DNA of 64,000 bases from Amphiscolops sp. MND2022 (Eukaryota). Below the pieces are notes generated by a model that saw nothing but the letters and a program-made list of their open reading frames with translations, ran no database searches and was not told the DNA's origin. Shown in pieces: positions 12,301 to 25,290 of the stretch (position 1 is the first letter of the stretch; every line of letters begins with the position of its first letter). The position numbers and the translations under genes were made by a program. The DNA lies in NCBI GenBank assembly GCA_964187785.1, contig OZ076409.1, positions 17,176,001 to 17,240,000 of the forward strand, in the 5' to 3' direction.

Positions 12301-15300
12301 ATTAAAATTTCAAACTTTAAGCAACATTGTCATTTCTGAATACTGAAATATTGGACAGCGCAAATTGACGTTTTACCCATTTAGGTCGCATTCTGTTGCA
12401 AACCACTGTAGTTTCACTCTGATACGTTCTGATACTACGTCTAAAATCTAAAGGATACTCATGAAAGCCAAATGGGTTCACTTCGTTTTTTGGCACTAAA
12501 ATTTTTCGAATTTTTTTTGTAGTTCTCCTTGTTCGCAAAACTTTTGCTTTGCTGTATTCCTCACTTCCAGTATTCTGTATTCCAGTATGTAAGCAAAAGC
12601 TCCTGCAATGAGGACTTTCATAAGTTCTGGACGCCACAATCGAAGAGGGTCTTCACGTGCGACCGCTCCCCTCCCCTTGCAGATATCAGAAACAAGCCGA
12701 GAACGGCCAAAGTCGGCGCTATATCTAAGGCTCAAAATTGTAAAAGGGGGGACTCTTTGGGTTTTGTGAAACTCCAGCTGGTGGCAAAATATGAAAAAAA
12801 ATGAATTGAACAGTGTCACAGTGTCGAAAAATGTAAAAGGGGGGACCCTTTGGGCTTTGTGAAACTCCAGCTGGTTGCAAAATATGAAAAAAATTGAAGG
12901 GGGGACCCTTTAAGGACTGAAAAAAATTGCCCAAAAAAATTTTAAAATGTGATTTTTGAACAGTGTCACAATGCCGAAAAATGTAAAAGGGGGGACCCTT
13001 TGGAATTTTCTGACATCCATTGTGTTTTAAAATATCGAAACAAATAAAGGGGGGACCCTTTGGTGCAATCCAAAAAGTTTCAAAAAAAGTCGCATAGTGC
13101 CAAAAAAAGTGAGGGGGGGGGGAGGCTTAGGGGAGATCGTTAGTGTGTTGTCGAGGTTCTGTTTGTTTTGTTTTCTTTTTCGTTTTGGACGCGCTTCTTA
13201 GGTTCGCCGAGTTGTTGAAGAAATGAACTGAACAAAGAACAAAAAGAAAAGACACAGAAAGAAAAGTGGAACTTTCGTGTCTAAAAAAAAACTACCCACT
13301 GTAATAGTCGGGCACATTTTCTAAAATGCGCCGACTAAAAAACAAAGAAAAATTGAAACAAGTAGCTGTTCATTTTGTTATTCAGGTACAACTAGCTACC
13401 GCATTTGATCATTAGCGGTAGCGATAGCTGAATTAAGTGGTTTATATCCATTAATCACAGGTACAGTAAAGAAGACTGCTATTTTTCAATCGAGTTGATT
13501 TGTTTAGAAGCGCCAGCTAGCAGTTCAGAGTCTGGAATTCAATATGAAAGAACCTCTTTTCAAGGAAGTTTTTCCCGATGTACATAAAGTTAGTATCATA
13601 ACTGTTCATTCAGATAAGTTGACGTGCCAAAATTAAAATCCGGGTATCTGAAGCTAGTAATACCGAATATTAGCGAATTTTTAGCTGTAAAAACACGTTT
13701 TTTGTAGAAATCCGTGGTTCGCTGTTTGTTTCTCGAGCCTTTCTTGATCCAGACCCTCATCAGTACATTAGTTTAATAACTTTGAGTTCAGTGTGTTGTT
13801 TTTTTTGTAGTTTTACATTCTGTAATATGATCATGATAGAAAAATTTTCCTGTTTTTGATTGGAATGGTCTCGAAAACAAGGCGATACATATATACTCAA
13901 CTACGTTCATAACGATATTCCGGTTACAGCGATAGTTTCACGGTCCCGGCCACGATGCTAGTATATAACGATTTTCGCCTATACCGATATTCGGATATAA
14001 CGATTAAAAAACGCCGGTCCCCGGGCAATCGTTTTAAGCGGAGTTGAGTGTACCCCTAGCGTCATCTTTTACCTATATTAAAACAATTTATTATTATTAT
14101 TATTATGAATTCTGTGGTTTTCACCACACGGGGTTTAACCCCTTCCAGATATATCAAGTGGCACACAGCATAAAGTATTATTGTACAAATTTCAGTGCAA
14201 ATTTGAAACTTCAGTTAGAAGTTATCAAAGTCCAACTCTGTTTTGGAAGCAGTAGTCTGTTACAGAAGTACATAAGAGTCTCGTGTAGAAAAGTCAGGGT
14301 TTCAGTTGTTTAATAGTCTGCAATTTTTTTGTCACACAGTCGCATTTGATTCTCCAAGTGCAAGTGTTCAGCTCATCAAAGGTGTCGTGAAAATCACGCC
14401 ACATCCAGTAGAGTAGCTTCGGTTTTAGAGTATCATATTCACGAATGTCAATTGAAGATGGTAATTGCATGGCTAGACGTTTTGCTCGGAACCAAAAATT
14501 TTGTTCTGCAGTAGCGGGTTGAGGCCTGCTTTCTTGCAAGAAATGATAAGGTTCTAGTCGTGTGTGATAAGTATATTCGTTGTTCATTGAATAGTTAAAT
14601 TTGTCAGAGAGATCATAGTTGATATTTTGTGTCAGTATTTTCGAGAGATACAGGAGATTCAGCAGTTGAAAGTAAAAGGGGACGGGTAGTATATTTAGTT
14701 TGATAAGGCAGTCCTTATAGCTACTATCTGGAATAATCCATTTGCAGACTTTCTTTACTCTTTCGAGGATCCTCATGCATTCCACGTTCAATGGTAGTAC
14801 GATCGATGAGTGTGTGAAAATTGGCAAGATCATGCTCTTGTATAAATTCAGTTTGTGTTGGCTACTTAGGCTGGGAGAGTTTCTCTTGATCATGTAAAAG
14901 ACTGTATGCCTTTTCGGTTCTCGACTTGAAATGTGGAACCCAACTCAGGGATTTCGTGATAAATACACCAAGGTCTATCTCTTGTTCCTTCGATTGTAAT
15001 GGAGCTCCGCCAAAAGTCAACTGATCATGGTTTCCGTTCTTGAAGCAGAGCTGGCCACATTTGTCAAGGTTGAAATTTATAAAATTTTCTACGCTCCAAA
15101 TGAAAATATTGTTCAATTCTTCTTGTTTTTCTAATAATGTTAAGTTCAGACATATGAACTTTGCATTGTCAGCATAAAGGATAGCCCAGGTACACCGACA
15201 TATTTGAGGAAGATCGTTGATAAATATGTTGAAAAATAAGGAAGATAATATGCCACCTTGCGCTACTCCACTGGTTGCAGGAAATAGTTGAGATGTAGCG

Positions 15301-18300
15301 TCGTCCACTTTTACCATTTGAAATCTGTTTTGAAGGTACCAGTCAATTAAACTGAGAAGTTTGCCTCTTATTCCGGCTCGAAACAGTTTTTGCAAAAGAA
15401 GGCCGTGATCTACCCGATCGAACGCTTTTTCAAAGTCTGTGTATACTACACTAATTTGTTGCTTTTCCGTTAAGGCTCTATGAATTTCGTCTAAATAAAC
15501 CAACAGATTTAGGGCACTCGAGCGTCCCTTTCTAAAGCCAAATTGCGAGTTGTGCAGTTGATCTTGATAGTGTTCGTACAGCTTCATGAAGAGAAAACTT
15601 TCCATGATTTTCGAAATTATGCACAGAAGAGAAACTGGGCGAAAATTTGTAACATCACACTTGTTTCCTTTTTTGTGGATAGGACTTACAACGGAAATCT
15701 TCCACGAGGTTGGGAACTTGGCAAGCTGTAGCGACTTTAAAATGAGTTGATAAAGATTTTGAACACTTTGCAAAAACAATCGGTGGTAGGAGGTCAGGTC
15801 CTTTACTTTTACTGATATTCAAACTATCGCATAACTTGCAGATTTCTTCTAAGTTGACTTCAAGTTTTGTAATGATAGGGAGCTGACATTTTGGAATCTC
15901 TTGGTCTGGATTGAATTTTGTGGACTCGAAATAAACACTTGAGAAGAACTTGGCAAATAGCGATGCTTTGCCGAGGTTTGTTGTGTGTGTTTCATTAGCA
16001 AGGATGGCAAGGAGGAGCGATTCATTTGGCGATAAAACTTAAACAAGCGGTTGGTATTTCTGCCATCTGAAAGATGTTCTTCATAGGATTTTTGGTCATT
16101 GACCATGGCCAGTGAGACAACTTTATCAAGTTTTTCTATTTTTGATTTCCCATTCTGTTTTTTCGCAGTGTGAAGTTTCTTAATAAGGTGCGACGTTGAA
16201 GACGTTACCCATGGGGGAAGGTTTGATCGATGTTTAGTTCTAAGAGGTGTTGTTTCTCGTATTATTCCTCTGATCCATTTGTACCACATTTCAACTAAAT
16301 GGTCAATATTCGACCAGCAAAAAGTTTAAAACGGGTTTTGAATGATAAGTTCTTCCATCCAAGGGTAATCTGCTTTTCAGTAGCTTAGGAATTCTGATGA
16401 ATTGTCACGTTTGAACCTATTTTCATGGCCACGTACAGTAAAGACAGATCATATAGGTTTATGATTGGACTTTACTCCGATGATTTCTTCAGCTACGCGT
16501 ATATCCTGTACTTCAATTTTCCTTGAAATGAAAAATAGATCGTATATACCAGAGACAGTTGTGTTAAAGGTTACTTTCTGATCGAGATTCATTTTTTCAG
16601 CGAAGTTCAGGAGAAGTTTCTGTGACTCATTTTTGAACGAAAGATCTCTCCAGTCGATATCAGTGTAGTTAAAATCACCGGTCATGATTAAAGCATCATG
16701 TTTGATAGTGGCAAAAATATTGAAAAGTTCTGTTATAACTGACGGGCTAAGTATATGTTCGCTCTCAGAAGGAGGGAAGTAACAGTTTATGAGTAAAATA
16801 GTTGATGAATTAAACGTAAATGTGCATGCTGTACAGCCACCCAGATACTTTTTTTCTGCCAGTTTAGCGCTTCTTAAGTGCAATCAGTACTCCGCCATGT
16901 AATGAATTTCCATCTTTGTTCGGAAGTCTTTCAGATCTAAATAGATCATATTGTGGAAGGTAAAGTTCTTCGTCGTTGAAGAGTTTGGTTAGCCATGTTT
17001 CGCATATCATTATCATGTCGGGGTCTTTCATGCAAGCGTAATTGGATAGGGAGATTCGTTTATCTTTGTTAATTATACTTTTGGCGTTATATTGTAATAC
17101 AGAAAATAACTGGTCTGAAAGTCTTAGTCAATTAAGATCAACTCTGCGGTCGTTCAAGAATAGTTCAAAACTCCGAATCCGCAGCGTTGAAGGCTGGTTT
17201 CCCTCGTTTATCAGTTCTCTCCTCTTTTTAAGCAACTTGTTCTCTAGTTCTTGTTCTGTTTTGCTGAGTGATTTGCTGATGAACACTTTCTATTTATCTT
17301 GTATTCCATCGCCTTCGTCGAACCTTAATTTGTTGGCTCTTGCAAGGATTTTGTTCACAACTAGCTCGGTTTTAAACTTGACCAGGAGTGTTCGTGGACG
17401 TGTAGTATTCGGTTGATATTTGCCCAGCCGATTGAACGATTTAATGCAATCGTCTTCGCACTCGAGGTATTTTACAATGCTAGCAATGCTCTTTTCTTCG
17501 TAGTCAATTTGTTCACTCCGATTTGATTTGGCGTGGGAGGATTTGAATTCAGGAATTCCTGAAACTCTAAATTCGATGGACCTTTCATTGATGTTTACCT
17601 CGTTGTGAGTTATTTCATTGTTCGTAACTTTTGTGGGTACTGGCTGTTCTTTCAGTTGTTGAACTTCTACTACTTTTGCAAGGGACTGTGTTATTTCACT
17701 GTATGTTGCTTTTGAGGGTGGTGATTGTTCTTTCAGCTGCTGGACTTCTTCGACGACCTTTGCGAGAGACTGTTTCATCTCACCAATCTCGGTTTTGATT
17801 GTTCCGTTGTCACGATATCTGTTGATGAGCTCTTTGAAAAGGCTCACTACATTGCCTTTCACCGTTTTAATCAGGAACTTGTTTATATCATCGTCTGTCG
17901 AAGAGAGCACTTCGTCTAGTGTTGGGTAATACGACGAATCAGCTGAAGCTAACCTGCCGCGTTCTCCCATTTTACTTCAATTGCCAACGATTTTCTGCGG
18001 AAGAACTTATGCACAACCTGATACAGGCCTGCGCAGAAGTTAAAATATAGAAATTTTGAAAATATTCAATGTTAGAGGATTTTTCTTCTTTTGTTCCTAT
18101 AGACAGCTGGCTGCAGCACTTTGAACCAGGTAAGAGAGTATAGGTTGTGGACCACTTGGGGATAGATGTTGAAGGCTCGGGCCGGTTTCTAAAAACCCTT
18201 TTTCAAGGGACACCCATTAGACCGGAACTCAAACACCATATCAAATCTATTTAATAATGTAGAAGTACAGGAACAGTACACAGCATTCAAAAACCTACGA

Positions 18301-19570
18301 GTAATAATTGACAGTTTAGATCAGCAATTTTTTAGTCGTCAAGCGTCTCAGTCGTTGTAAATTATCTTCAGCAAATTAGTTATGAATCATCCCGCAGTCG
18401 CTTTTGCCACAAAATGAGGGCATGGAAGTTGGTTCTGGCAGGGATGTCAGACTGAGCCGATAAAGCTGGGAAAATTCAATACCTTAAGAATGACTTCGAA
18501 ATTCAAAAATTGACAACACTGGGTGCCATTTTGATGCATGGAAGCAATGCAACGTTGTAGGTTGAGTAAATATGGGCTTCATGAAGAACATTGCCAATGG
18601 CAGAAATAATTTCTAGAAAAATCTATGACCATCAATTGGTTGCTTCAATTCGACTGATCTGTTCAAAAGCTTCGTTAGAATGAACTTCAAACATGGCGTC
18701 TCGTGTTTACTGCTTTGATCGAAAAAAAATGTGTATAAAAGTATAAAAGTGTAAAAAAAGATGAGTATAAAAGTATACTACTGTATTTGTTTTGGCTAAT
18801 GTGAACATGAATGTGAAACGAGAATGACATATACATTATTTGGGTCTTGCACTCCGGTTTGTGACAAAAAAGTTGAACGATAGTTGGTCTAACTACTCGA
18901 AACCTACCGCGTTTTTGAGAAAATCATGTCAACAAAGTTGGTTTTCTTTGATTTCTGTAATCATCAGGAAGCTGAAAATCCTGGACTCTGATAACTGAGT
19001 TGTGACCACCTTGACAAACAACAAATAGGAAAATATTGAAGCAAGTTGTATTACCTAAAATGATGAATTTGTATCCTTTGGTGCTAATACATGCGAGTAT
19101 GTCCAGTTTCGTTTTTAGATCAATTCAAAAAAGCACGAATAAGAACTAGATAAATTTCCACGAAACTTCAATAAAGGTTTACCAAAAATCTTAGTAGTTT
19201 TGGAGTATTTACCCGAAATTGTTGCGTCCGAAACAATTTTCACCATCAAGAGTGCGGATGAGTTTTGCCGCTACTGTTCAGGGTTCGGTTTTCTTACTCG
19301 GCGTTTTGTGTTTAGAAAATTAGTGATTTATTGAAGCAACGAGAGGAAGAGTTAAACAGAGCTTTGGCGTCCAAGGCAGTTGGCAAAGACAAGGACAGTG
19401 GAAGCGGCGGTAATAACAATGGACCTAATGCCGTTGTTGGTGCAAACGACGATGGCAATTGGGGCGGAATCGCAGGTCATCTCATGAACTTGGGGGTCAT
19501 TGTGGGTTTCGCCGCTTTTGCTCTGGTTGTGAAATACGTTTGGAAACTAGTTATAAATGAGCAGCTATAA
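9322..19570 (+). CDS. UBE2J2: Ubiquitin-conjugating enzyme E2 J2 (Ubc6 family, tail-anchored). Exons 9322-9557, 11306-11346, 11441-11682, 13508-13588, 19316-19570
   Basis: [90 protein letters not shown] (catalytic Cys)[16 protein letters not shown], then C-terminal [20 protein letters not shown]. All introns are GT-AG with matching phases. Confidence 0.93.
10420..10986 (+). mobile_element. Helentron/HINE-like element copy (partial) with tRNA-like cassette, in UBE2J2 intron 1
   Basis: AAGGGTCCC-type internal motifs, ends GAGCCGGCTTGTT; A-box-like TGGCACAGAGG at 10423 and B-box GGTTCGAGTCT at 10472. Confidence 0.55.
12691..13338 (-). mobile_element. Complete Helentron/HINE-like non-autonomous element in UBE2J2 intron 3
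   Basis: AACAAG-GCCGagaaCGGC hairpin-AGTCGGCGC at the left end; TAGTCGGGC..CATTTTctAAAATG..GCGCCGACTAA at the right end (subterminal inverted repeat); internal GGGGGACCCTTTG minirepeats; A/T-run flanks. Confidence 0.75.
13894..14050. mobile_element. Tc1/mariner-pogo-type MITE (~157 bp)
   Basis: TA-flanked; left TACTCAACTACGTTCATAACGAT vs reverse complement of the right end CACTCAACTCCGCTTAAAACGAT. Confidence 0.7.
14088..17970 (-). mobile_element. Near full-length decayed LINE (ORF1 + APE-RT ORF2), antisense in UBE2J2 intron 4
   Basis: ORF1 17970-~17130 (coiled coil, [23 protein letters not shown]; frameshifted). ORF2 fragments 17100-14294 ([35 protein letters not shown] in place of YADD). 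(TAA)n 3' tail at ~14088-14106. Confidence 0.9.
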
Positions 19571-20706
19571 TGCAGCACAATTATCATATCTCTAAGTGAT
19601 CTAATTTATTTTTAATTGCTGTAAAAACCTTGCACTGTACTGGAGTTGAAAATAAGTTGCATTGGTTGACCTCTAATGTCATCTAGTTGACATCTAATGT
19701 AAGACGGTTTATGTTGAAAGAGCTACCGATAGCAACGTTATCTTTTGAGGGTCACCCAATGATGTGCTAATTGATTTTTTCCTCGTTCAACTAAAGTATT
19801 CCATCTGTCAGTATGCCTGTAGGCCGTCCAATTAAATGTGCATTTTGATAGTCCGTCCATTGGCTGGAAACGTTTACAAACACTCAGTCTTCAGTTGATG
19901 CCAGGGTTTTCAAAATTATGTAGTTCTCTCTCCTACAATCGTTGCTATGATGTTGCTGGCCCGATACTCGACTTCTATTTGTCGAACACATTTTCTCAAA
20001 TTTAACCAATACCTATTGTAGTATAAATTATCCGCTATCGAATACAATATTGTAAAAAAAATTGCGTTTTGTGTGATGAACAATGAAAAACCAAAAGATG
20101 CTCAATAATGAATAACATGTTCAATTGTCGTGAGTTGTATTTTTTCCTAGAGGTCACTAATTTTTTAGCAATCTGTGAATTGCAACGCGATATCATGAAG
20201 ATTTTGTGTTCAGTTAGTATCACTTAATACAGGGAATTTTTTTATGGATCACTTGTCCAGAAGTGGGATTTATAAACCATTTATATAGCACTCAGTATCT
20301 AAAGCTTCAGCACATCCGAGGGGGTTCTCAAATGATTAGCTAGCTGTTTTCCGTCCATATTCCATAAATTCCATAAAATAAACAAAATTTTCATACGGAA
20401 AATTAAGGTTCGGAAGATGAGTGTTTTGAAAGAAAAACGCTTGAAATGACAAGTTTCAAAATGCCCCTAAACGTATCCTGATTTCCATTTTATTTTGAAA
20501 AATTGGCGTCAGTTTTGTAGCTTGATTGTCCTGGAGCTCTAAGAAGAAAGTTGTCGCTAAAATCATTCTGGATGAAAATATTTCAATGGTCAGCTGGTAT
20601 CATGTTTTGAAGTCAATTGAATTGGTCGTGTTTTCAGACGCTGAGAATGAAGTGCACACAAACAATATCCTAGCAAGTGTTCAAAGTCACATCACTGTGG
20701 GAAAGT

Positions 20707-21966
20707 ATGGATGAAATATCAGAAGAGCAAGGCGGATCTGTCCGGTTTTCAGAAGAACAAGATGATTTCATCGAAAGATACGAAGATCTCTTCCCGGAAT
20801 CGACTGAACCCCCGACTGCAGAATTGGACATCCCACTCGTTATGCGCCGAACGCTTCTGGCCAATAGCAAAGAAGCCGAAGAGAAACTCTCGACTGAAGA
20901 AAAAGCCGAGTGGCTCACCCAATCGATGAGTCATTTGCGTCTTGATAGGGAAAACATTGAAGTGATAGAAAATCTGGAATGTTTCAGCGCAAAACTTACG
21001 CATCTATATTTGCAGCATAACCGAATTAAACACATAACTGGACTACTGTGCCTCAGCAAATTAAAGTTTCTATGCCTGTCGTACAATAAAATTGAGTATA
21101 TTGACACGAATGAACTACCGAAATCTATCATGCTTATTTATTTTGATGGTAACCCTTGTGTGAACAACCCAGGATACCCTATGAATCTGATAGCGGAACT
21201 CCCCAAATTGAGGTCCATAGACTACCAACCGGTGACACACGCTCAGAGGAGAAGAGCCGAAGGTAATTTAGATGTAAACCCCGGCGAAACATCATCCGAT
21301 GAAGCGTCTGGAGAGTCAGATGATAACAGCGGTCCTTCCGACACTGAGGGACAAAATGCAAGCAGTTCCAAAACTTTGAATCAAGAGCAGCTGAATTTAT
21401 TAGAAGAATTGAAGCTGAGTGGAACTAATTTAGAAGAATACTCAAATATAGAAGATCTACTGAGCCAAGAACAGCTGCAAATCTGGAGAACTTCTTACGA
21501 GCAGGTAAAAGTTTTGAGTTCCAGTGAGGAATCTGACTCAGCTGGTCCTGCAACAGATTCCGACGATCCAGGAACAAGTAAAGACAAAGCATCGGCTCCT
21601 GAAGAAAGCGGAGGTTCGAAAGAGCCCAAAGGCAAGAAAAAGAAGAAGCGCAAAAAGAAGACAGACGGGCTTCCAAAACTCAAAACGGACAAAGAAAAGA
21701 GGAATCTTCGTAGCCTGGGAATCAATCCGGCCCATTTCAGAGATTTGACTGTGAAGCTGTTGGGACGATCCCGAGCTAGGCAGCAACAAGATGTGGTTAA
21801 ACACAACAAGAAGCAGACCAAAATAGATTCCTATCGCGAAGAACAAACTGAAAGAAATTTGGCCAATTTGCCCCTCAGTGAGCGACCAGTAGTTGATAGA
21901 TCGAATAAAGTTCTAGTTCAAATTGTCCCTGCTTCGCATAGTCAACCGGTCTCGCGTACTTCCTGA
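20707..21966 (+). CDS. LRRC46: Leucine-rich repeat protein, LRRC46-like (single coding exon)
   Basis: SDS22-type LRRs LRLDRENIEVIENLE / LTHLYLQHNRI / LKFLCLSYNKI / IMLIYFDGNPCV plus LRR cap Y..LIAELPKLRSID; acidic/low-complexity middle; C-terminal RSRARQQQD helix. The RLDRE motif recalls LRRC46. Confidence 0.72.
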   Translation: MDEISEEQGGSVRFSEEQDDFIERYEDLFPESTEPPTAELDIPLVMRRTLLANSKEAEEKLSTEEKAEWLTQSMSHLRLDRENIEVIENLECFSAKLTHLYLQHNRIKHITGLLCLSKLKFLCLSYNKIEYIDTNELPKSIMLIYFDGNPCVNNPGYPMNLIAELPKLRSIDYQPVTHAQRRRAEGNLDVNPGETSSDEASGESDDNSGPSDTEGQNASSSKTLNQEQLNLLEELKLSGTNLEEYSNIEDLLSQEQLQIWRTSYEQVKVLSSSEESDSAGPATDSDDPGTSKDKASAPEESGGSKEPKGKKKKKRKKKTDGLPKLKTDKEKRNLRSLGINPAHFRDLTVKLLGRSRARQQQDVVKHNKKQTKIDSYREEQTERNLANLPLSERPVVDRSNKVLVQIVPASHSQPVSRTS

Positions 21967-22289
21967 TGTCACTGTTATATACTTGGTTTGGTTAAAGCGT
22001 TGTATAGTTTTTGGAATTGTATATTGTAAAAATGTTGAATAGATTTTGATTAAACGCTGTGATATATCAATCTATCGGATGTGTTTCTTCAAGGTATGGA
22101 TGTGAATTTTAAAAATTCCAAGTGAATGACAGGAGAAGCCAATTTTAGTTTTACAAATTAGGGAGTAAATCTTTTAGTGCGTAAACTTGTTCACTTCTCA
22201 ATTGCTTTTGTCATTGCAAGACGTTTTCACGAGTTTCACCGTTATCTTGAGTTTTTTTCAGAGGTTTGTTTGAAGACTGTTTCCATTTG

Positions 22290-23240
22290 ATGGATGCTGA
22301 CACGGTCAATGAAGACCAATACTATCGGTGCTTCATTTGCGAAACAGATCAGAACAGTGTCGAAGAGTTTGAGCTGCATCTTCAATGTTTGGAACACCTT
22401 TCCAACCTCTTGAGCCGTCACATGATTGCAGCTGAACATTACGAACTGTTAATTCAGTTGAACAATTTCTCATTGCTGAAAGACAGTCCTCCACTTGAGA
22501 ACAGTCTTTCTTCGGTGTTGTCGTCGTCGGCTCCAAGTTCGGGTATATTCATGGACGATGACTCGCCAACGAAAGAAAAGGTTGCTTCAACTAAGGGTAC
22601 TTTTGTTCCCAGAAGTACCGAAACGCTCAAGGTGAACATGGATTTAAGCAGGAACACGAAAGATTGTGGTATGAACCTCAAAGTAAATGACGTTTCCCCG
22701 AAGTTGCTGCTTGAAAATGGACCTAGAGCTGGACCTAGCCAGCCTCCCAAACCCATTGTCGGAAATTTTTATTGCAATTTGTGCAGTGTTTCTATCCCTG
22801 ACTGCAATGCTGCGGTGCTTCATGAGAAAGGTGCAAAACATCAGAAGAACAAAGATTCATATTCTCTGAAATCTTTTCCAATTTTCAAGTGCAACATTTG
22901 TGGTTTGGGTCTTAGCACAGGTCAAAAAGCCGCTGATCATTTTCAGTCTTCTCATGGTGCTAAACAAAGCCATTCCAACAGTCAGGGCAGTAGTGGTAAG
23001 AAGAAGCGCAGTCCTATGACAGTTCTTGTTTGTCAGCCCTGTGGGAAAATGGGTGCTTCAGTTGGCAATATGAAGCAGCATTTCAGTAGCGACGCCCATA
23101 AAAAAGCCTTGAAGGATTGCGATGGGAAGACTTCTGGTTTTCTACAGTGCAGGCCATGCAAGAGCTATTTCAATTCTTTGGCTGAGCTAACCGAACATGA
23201 GAAACGAGCCGAACATATCACTGCTCTCAGAAATTGGTGA
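22290..23240 (+). CDS. Intronless C2H2 (matrin/U1-like) zinc-finger protein, paralogue 1
   Basis: Fingers CFICE..HLQCLEH, CNLC..HEKGAKH, CNIC..HFQSSH, CQPC..HFSSDAH, CRPC..HEKRAEH; mostly C-x2-C-x12-H-x5-H. Confidence 0.85.
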   Translation: MDADTVNEDQYYRCFICETDQNSVEEFELHLQCLEHLSNLLSRHMIAAEHYELLIQLNNFSLLKDSPPLENSLSSVLSSSAPSSGIFMDDDSPTKEKVASTKGTFVPRSTETLKVNMDLSRNTKDCGMNLKVNDVSPKLLLENGPRAGPSQPPKPIVGNFYCNLCSVSIPDCNAAVLHEKGAKHQKNKDSYSLKSFPIFKCNICGLGLSTGQKAADHFQSSHGAKQSHSNSQGSSGKKKRSPMTVLVCQPCGKMGASVGNMKQHFSSDAHKKALKDCDGKTSGFLQCRPCKSYFNSLAELTEHEKRAEHITALRNW

Positions 23241-23743
23241 TACAAGGGCCACAATCCTTGTGTAATTGAAAACTTCTACAGAGTGCAGTCGATGTAGATG
23301 TTATTTTCATCTTGATTTATTTAAAGAACTAGTTGCTTAACGTTTGCAAGTTAGCTTCTTTTCCTCTAGATCTTTTATATTTCTTTATCAGTTTAATTAA
23401 ACTTATATTTTAACTTCAGATGTCATCAGCAACAGTTTAATTCCAACTCGTTTAGGTTTGAAACATTTGACTAAATGCTTTTCAAAATCATTGTATTCTG
23501 AGATTCAATCAATGGAAAACCTATCTGAAACACCACTGTTAACAGCCCTCCGCTTTCTAAATCCCTTTTTATTTTGCAAATCGTTGATTGTTTGAATTTT
23601 TTGTTGTTGATTAATGCCATCCCTAGGAAGTTTTTCAGTTGTCATGAAATGGTAACCACCCCTGATCAAAAGAGTCAACATGCGATAACTTGTGTATATT
23701 TTTATCCTTAATTTCACCATATCATTTTGTGGAGTTTGCTTTG

Positions 23744-24688
23744 ATGGATTTTTATCGGTGCTTTGTCTGTGAAGTCTCTCTGAACAGCCAGGACGAATTC
23801 GAAGAACATCTTGAGAAGTTGTCTCATTTGCGTTCTCTGGCAGAGCGGAAGTTGATTTCGTCGAAACATCTGGACTTGTTGATGCTTCTTGATAAATTCA
23901 GGCTCCCTGTGGAGATCCAAAATGGCCGACCCACAGCTTCACATATCAATGAAAATGTTGAAAGACTTACGATTCCCTGTAGTTTGAATGCCACCAACTC
24001 AGTAGACAGTTTTCATAGCAATGAGTCGCGCAATGATCTCGTAGATCCTAGTGTTGAATCAAACGAAAGCTTTTTACAGCCTCGTGGTAATAATACAAGC
24101 AAGCCCTTGCTATTCGAGTTTCAGCCACAAACCGTGTCGCTTGAACAGTGCCCTGAAATTTCAAGTTCCAACAAGGAAAATTGCGACCTTGTGTCAGTCG
24201 TATGTTTAGTTTGTTCTAAAAAGTTGCTGACTTTCAATAATCTCAAGATGCATATGATTGATGGGTCTCATGAGAATGCAAAAAAGAAATCATCTGCAAA
24301 TTCGCGCATCTTGAGATGTAAAACTTGTGATGTAGATTTTGTCGAAAAGAAGCTGATCGAGCATCTGATTATTGACCACTTCCATATCCAGCGTGCCTTC
24401 CTGTCAAATAAACAAGAAATAACCAGAAACTTTGAGTGTATTTCTTGTAACAAAACTATGAACAGCATCGCTACAGAACATCTTCAGTCCAAGAAACATG
24501 TTAAGAAGCTGTCAGAAACGCCCATTGAATATTACATGCGGTGTAGGTTCTGCAGTGAAGACTTCAAATTGGTTCAGGATTTTGAAAAACATTCCCATTC
24601 TCAGTTACATGGAGTTCGGGAGAAGCTTTTGAAGTTTTATTATAAAACGTTTCTGGGAAAGAAAAGGAAAAAGACAAAAAGTGGCTGA
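23744..24688 (+). CDS. Intronless C2H2 (matrin/U1-like) zinc-finger protein, paralogue 2
   Basis: MDFYRCFVCE..HLEKLSH, then four fingers (CLVC, CKTC, CISC, CRFC) and a basic KKRKK tail. Confidence 0.85.
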   Translation: MDFYRCFVCEVSLNSQDEFEEHLEKLSHLRSLAERKLISSKHLDLLMLLDKFRLPVEIQNGRPTASHINENVERLTIPCSLNATNSVDSFHSNESRNDLVDPSVESNESFLQPRGNNTSKPLLFEFQPQTVSLEQCPEISSSNKENCDLVSVVCLVCSKKLLTFNNLKMHMIDGSHENAKKKSSANSRILRCKTCDVDFVEKKLIEHLIIDHFHIQRAFLSNKQEITRNFECISCNKTMNSIATEHLQSKKHVKKLSETPIEYYMRCRFCSEDFKLVQDFEKHSHSQLHGVREKLLKFYYKTFLGKKRKKTKSG

Positions 24689-25290
24689 ATGTAATCTAAA
24701 TTGTCCTTTGAAACTTGTAAAATTAATGTATTTCCTAGTGATGAATTCGAGTATGTTCGAATTCCCATGGAGTGTGTAGAACCCAAACGCGGTGGTTTTC
24801 AAACTGTTGGCTTTTCACTCGCCGATACAATAATTAAGATTTCTAATAACTAAGAGAATACGTTTATGAAGAGTATCTTCAACTCCGTTGCCTTGCTTGT
24901 CTTTGATGAAATATAGTAGAATGCTTTTCGCCGACCCTAATTGTAAAAACTTTCTATATTGCAATGCTTGCTATAGTTTTCCATCGATTACTTATCTTTT
25001 CCAATGCAGCTGTAATCAGCGTTGAAGTTGTTTTTCTTCAGTTAGTGTTCATGTGAGGAGGCTGGGGTTGTGGTAGTGTGTTGTGATGGGTTGAGCTTAG
25101 AAGCTTTCTTGGGACTTCACTATTTGTATATCTTCAAGGTTTATGGCAATTGAAGGCTATTGTTACTGTCGTTCACTGATTTTATGGTATCATTTCATTT
25201 TGAGCCTTTAATGACTACACAAACGATCGGCACAAGTTATTCACATAATTTCTATTATATACCGTCTTCTTCTTTACTTGGTCTGATCTG

